Assembly (NCBI GenBank): GCA_963675745.2
Contig: CAXXWX010000026.1
Span: 811,655 to 875,654 of the forward strand
Direction of reading: 5' to 3'
Source: Phycisphaerae bacterium
GTDB taxonomy: Bacteria > Planctomycetota > Phycisphaerae > UBA1845 > Fen-1342
Length of the DNA stretch: 64,000 nucleotides
Shown here: positions 60,148-64,000 of the stretch, in pieces
Position numbering within the stretch: the first letter of the stretch is position 1
Layout of the letters: each line of letters opens with the position of its first letter
Translations under genes and position numbers: made by a program
The notes under the pieces: model-generated
Told to the model about the DNA's origin: nothing
The model's input: the letters and a program-made list of their open reading frames with translations, nothing else
Database searches by the model: none

Positions 60148-63100
60148 GTGAAGCGATTAATCATTGTCGGATCAATACTTATGTGCCTTGCCCCACCGGC
60201 GCCGGCCGCGCCGCAGCACTGGGGCTTTGGCTTTGGCTACTTGGTCACCCTCGAAGAGAACGCCGAAGGACAGCGCGCGCTGTCGGTCTACGAGCCGCCG
60301 TTGCGGGTCAAGGACACCCCCTGGCTGCTCCGCTGGCGCGACGTCGCCGGTGAGTTCGCCGACATCGTCCCCAACGGACTGGCGGTCGGTAACTTCTGGC
60401 CGCAACCGATGGGCGAGGAGCAGGTGGTGCTGGTCGTCCGCGATGCCGAGGGACAGCTCGCCACGCGCGTGCTGGCGGTGCCGGACGTGTTCTCGACCAG
60501 GCCGTGGGATGTGATCGGCAAGCCGGGGATCGTCGGCCCATACATCGGCGGCGCGATGGCTGACCGCATTCTGGCCACCGACGGCGGCGATCCGCTGGGG
60601 ACGGGGCGCGACCACCTCGTGCAGCTCGAACCGTTCGGCGCGATGGCGGGCTTTGCACAGGTCGTCATCTACGCACCGCCCAACTCGCCTACGGAGGGAC
60701 GCTGGAATGTGGTCGGGAAGGTAACCGCGCCGGCAGCCGGCACGGCTGTCGATATGGCGGTCGGAGATTTCTGGGGCGACGGGCGCGACCGCGTGGCGAT
60801 TCTCTCGCGGAGCGGTCGCGATTGGACGCTGACCTTTCTGGATGTCACCGCGGCGCCATCTGGCGAATTGGTGGCGAAGGAGCTCGGACACGAGACGCTA
60901 CCATCCGCGGATGCCGGCGAGAAGCTCATCGTCGGCAGCGATTTCCTCAAGGACGGCTTCGCCTATGTTGGACTGCTGGCCAACGACGACGATCTCGCTT
61001 TTCGGATCGCCCCCCGGCGCGAACAGCGTTACAGCACCGTGTGGGTGCGTCCCGATGAGACCTTCGCCGGCGCCAAGCTTGCGGGACAGGAGTTAGGACA
61101 GGGACGGCAACTGATGGCCGGCCAGCGGCAGGCGGCATTTGGCAAGGTCGTCTCCGCCGGTGCGGGACGCGTGTTCGGCTTTGTGATTCCCGGGTGCGAC
61201 GAGCGCAAGGAAACTCTCTGGAAAACCTGGGACTTCAAAGGTGTCAATGACGTCGAAATCTCCTTTGCGCACCGCACCCCCGTTTACCGGCGGGGTGTGC
61301 CCAAGAAATGGCAGGACGGCAATTGGCCGTGGGAGCCGGACGATCATTTCGGCTGGCCGCACAAAGGTGAGGAGGTCACCTACCACGTTCACATCAAGAA
61401 CAACGGTTGGAGGCCGATCGAGCCCGGCATGCTCACATTGCGTGCCTGGATCAATACGCCCGATCGAAACGCCGACACGCTGCCCGGCGCCGGCGAGCGC
61501 GTCGGTCTCACCTGGACCAACGAGGAGCCGATCCCGCGTTTCGACCCGGACGATCCCAAGTACGCGGTTGTCGACGTCACATTCCCCTGGCCGTACAAAC
61601 TGGTTCAGCCGCCGGGGTGGACCTGGAAACGAATCAACGTGCGCGAGATCGGCGAGCGCTGGCTGATATTGCGCCTGGAATATCTTGACGATCGCAACGA
61701 GCGTAATGACCGCTATGAGATGGCCCTCGATGCGAAGCTGCTCAGACCGGTCTTTCGTTACGATGATGAGGTGAACACGCTCGCCGAACGCGCCCCCACC
61801 GTCGCCGGCGACCCCGAGTCGAAGGAGTACATCGCGCGCAAGCTGGCGGACGCCGTTCAATGTATGTGGGAACGCTCGCGCACATCGAGCGGCGACGACG
61901 TGTGGCAGCGCGTCGCCTTTGTCGGCTATCGGTTGGGCTGGCCCGTCAACCGCGAGCAGGATTGGTCGTATTATGAAGGCCCACGCGAGCTCCAGAAGTG
62001 GCTCGGCCTGTGGGGAGACTTCGAGCGGTTCAATCCGGCCGACGGCGGCGCCGAGCTGCACGAGACCGGTCACCTGTTTCATCGCATCGGCGACCTCTAC
62101 CACTATTTCGTCTTCCCGACCAGCACCCGCCGGATTCGCATGGGCGACGGATCACCGGTGCAGATGTACACCTATGCCTGGGCGCCTGACAGCTACTGCA
62201 GCGGACACGCCATCATCGGCGAGGCCACCTGCGATCTGCACCGCTATATCGAGGGCGCGCGTTACGGGCTGGGCTGGCCATGGCACCGCATGTCGCCGGA
62301 GAAAGTACACGTGCGCGTGCTCGACCGCGACGGTGAGCCGGTTCCCGATGCCCCCATCAAGCTCTGGAGCTTCTCACCCGCTGAAGCCTCGGTGGTCAAC
62401 TCAGGCGTGACCGGGCCGGATGGCCGCTGGGACACGGGACTGCCCGGCGGAAAGCGCTCCGTGTTCGACCCGTTCGATATCCCTTTGTTTGAAGGCGCGA
62501 TCTATGACGCCCTGGCACACGTCTACACGGTCGATTTTGACGGCTATTCGGAGTTCGGCGTGTTCGGCGCCGACAGCGTCGCCGCCCACAGCCGCTATAC
62601 GCTGATGCAACACTCGATCATCGACCGCGCCGAGTGGACCTGGGATCTTCACACGCTCTACAAAGCCGGCGCGCCTCAACCGACGTTCGAGGTGACGTGC
62701 GGCGTGCAGGGCCGACGGGTCGTCCTGCATGTCGACGGTGCGCCGCAAGCGACGTATCGCCTCTATCGACGCTGGGAGCCGACCTATGCGTTCGAACAGA
62801 TCGCCGAGAAGACCGCGACTGAATCGGCCGTGCGCTTTCGCGACGACATGGGCACCGCCGACTGGTTCACCTCGGGGCGTTTCCGCGCGGCCTACTATGT
62901 CACCCAGATCGCTGACGGCGTCGAATCGCTTCCCAAACGCGTGTACGGCATCGCGGTCAACAATGCGCGCGGCGTCTCGGACATCGGCGACGGCAGGCTG
63001 CTTGTCTCGGTTAACAGCGGCAAGGCCGAGCCGTTCGTCATCATCGCCGATGGCACGACGCCGCTGGAGGAGTACATCAAGCACTACCGCTTTGGCCATA

Positions 63101-64000
63101 CGGCGGCCAAGGTCGTGCGTTCGCTGAACAACCCCGAGCGCTTCTACGCCACGCTCGTCGGCTCCGATCTGCCGGGCATGGAACGCGCTTTCGACTTGAT
63201 CCAGTTCGATAAACCCGACCGATTTCAGAAGCAGTATCCGGTTGTGCAGGACGTGGCGACGATGGAGGTGCGCTCGTTCACCACCAAGCCGCCGTGCGAA
63301 ATCACGCTGGTGAGCACCGACGCCGGCGCGGCCACGGCGACCATGGTGGGCGATTTCGCGGTGAACGGCGCCGATCATGGCCGTAAGGCGCGCATCCTCG
63401 AGGTCAACGATCTAACACTGGTGGTTGACAAGCTGATTTTCGATGCGGGACCAGCCGATCGGCAATGGGTCAATGTCTCGTTCGGCGGCGGCGCGGTTGG
63501 CAACGGGACGACGAATCGGCAACTGCGTGCTCCGCGCGGATTGGATGTGATTCGCGTTGGTGATGTCGAGTACGTCGCGATCGCCGACACCGGCAACGGA
63601 CGCGTGGTGATATGGGACAGCCAGACTCGCTATGTGACCGACTGGAAGACGGATGGGTTCAGGCCGGCGGCAATCGCGCGTCATCCGCAGCGCGAAAACG
63701 AGTTTTTCGTGCTCAGTCGCCAGCCCGGCGGGCCGGCCGAACTACACCTGCTCAGGTTTGACGGACAGCGGCTGCGCACGAGCAAGGGGTATCCGGTGAA
63801 CGTCCGTGTCGGCGACGCGGACGATGGTTCGGAGATCGGCCTCGCCGCCGCCATCGACCCCAACGACGATCGCGTCGTGGTGGCAATCACCGACGCGACG
63901 ACGAAGTCGGTCTACGCCATGAAATCTGACCTGCTCAGGTGGACAACGGTGGCGACGTTCACGCGCGCACGCGGAGCATACGTCGGCGGCCGAGAGCTGG
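60148..64000 (+). CDS. Large secreted multidomain protein with a zinc-metalloprotease motif (3' end beyond the window)
   Basis: GAGGAG RBS, GTG start, signal peptide MKRLIIVGSILMCLAPPAPA; no stop seen in manual translation to 64000; HETGHLFHRIGDLY at 62059-62100; FG-GAP-like, CARDB-like and NHL-like segments. Confidence 0.8.
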   Translation, partial: MKRLIIVGSILMCLAPPAPAAPQHWGFGFGYLVTLEENAEGQRALSVYEPPLRVKDTPWLLRWRDVAGEFADIVPNGLAVGNFWPQPMGEEQVVLVVRDAEGQLATRVLAVPDVFSTRPWDVIGKPGIVGPYIGGAMADRILATDGGDPLGTGRDHLVQLEPFGAMAGFAQVVIYAPPNSPTEGRWNVVGKVTAPAAGTAVDMAVGDFWGDGRDRVAILSRSGRDWTLTFLDVTAAPSGELVAKELGHETLPSADAGEKLIVGSDFLKDGFAYVGLLANDDDLAFRIAPRREQRYSTVWVRPDETFAGAKLAGQELGQGRQLMAGQRQAAFGKVVSAGAGRVFGFVIPGCDERKETLWKTWDFKGVNDVEISFAHRTPVYRRGVPKKWQDGNWPWEPDDHFGWPHKGEEVTYHVHIKNNGWRPIEPGMLTLRAWINTPDRNADTLPGAGERVGLTWTNEEPIPRFDPDDPKYAVVDVTFPWPYKLVQPPGWTWKRINVREIGERWLILRLEYLDDRNERNDRYEMALDAKLLRPVFRYDDEVNTLAERAPTVAGDPESKEYIARKLADAVQCMWERSRTSSGDDVWQRVAFVGYRLGWPVNREQDWSYYEGPRELQKWLGLWGDFERFNPADGGAELHETGHLFHRIGDLYHYFVFPTSTRRIRMGDGSPVQMYTYAWAPDSYCSGHAIIGEATCDLHRYIEGARYGLGWPWHRMSPEKVHVRVLDRDGEPVPDAPIKLWSFSPAEASVVNSGVTGPDGRWDTGLPGGKRSVFDPFDIPLFEGAIYDALAHVYTVDFDGYSEFGVFGADSVAAHSRYTLMQHSIIDRAEWTWDLHTLYKAGAPQPTFEVTCGVQGRRVVLHVDGAPQATYRLYRRWEPTYAFEQIAEKTATESAVRFRDDMGTADWFTSGRFRAAYYVTQIADGVESLPKRVYGIAVNNARGVSDIGDGRLLVSVNSGKAEPFVIIADGTTPLEEYIKHYRFGHTAAKVVRSLNNPERFYATLVGSDLPGMERAFDLIQFDKPDRFQKQYPVVQDVATMEVRSFTTKPPCEITLVSTDAGAATATMVGDFAVNGADHGRKARILEVNDLTLVVDKLIFDAGPADRQWVNVSFGGGAVGNGTTNRQLRAPRGLDVIRVGDVEYVAIADTGNGRVVIWDSQTRYVTDWKTDGFRPAAIARHPQRENEFFVLSRQPGGPAELHLLRFDGQRLRTSKGYPVNVRVGDADDGSEIGLAAAIDPNDDRVVVAITDATTKSVYAMKSDLLRWTTVATFTRARGAYVGGREL

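Noticed and set aside
60164..63890. Many short and medium ORFs listed here (e.g. 61093-62103, 62401-63378)
   Set aside because: Shadows of the single long + strand ORF starting at 60148.

Overview
GC-rich, gene-dense bacterial chromosome segment. The gene complement (FlgI-like lipoprotein, planctomycete-type ECF sigma factors, lysS-lolC/E-lolD and rpe-phosphatase-accD orders) suggests Planctomycetota, probably Phycisphaerae-like; this is an inference. Most genes are housekeeping or envelope genes: sodA, smpB, lysS, ispD, a pseudouridine synthase, gap-pgk-rpe-accD, a waaF/waaP-type LPS core cluster, an RND pair, three histidine kinases, two ECF sigmas and secreted proteases/lipoproteins. I found no rRNA, tRNA, tmRNA, CRISPR array, transposase or integrase. 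Most notable: (1) an AbiEii-type nucleotidyltransferase toxin and an AbiEi-type antitoxin arranged convergently with a 36-nt 3' overlap instead of as an operon; (2) upstream of the antitoxin, three different perfect 14-2-14 bp palindromes sharing a GTAY-NN-RTAC core at about 115-bp spacing, the first covering a near-consensus sigma70 -10 box; (3) a LolD-type ABC ATPase with an ~80-aa insertion containing two transmembrane-like segments; (4) four intergenic heptamer-repeat arrays of two families, two of them forming inverted arms; (5) a subtilase with a Cys-Gly/TM/Arg C-terminal sorting-like tail, and a coupled acyltransferase-CPBP protease operon elsewhere in the window; (6) several apparent pseudo-enzymes; (7) a large secreted zinc-metalloprotease-like ORF (at least 1284 codons) missed by the ORF track because it runs off the window end. 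All product calls come from motif recognition by eye, not database searches.
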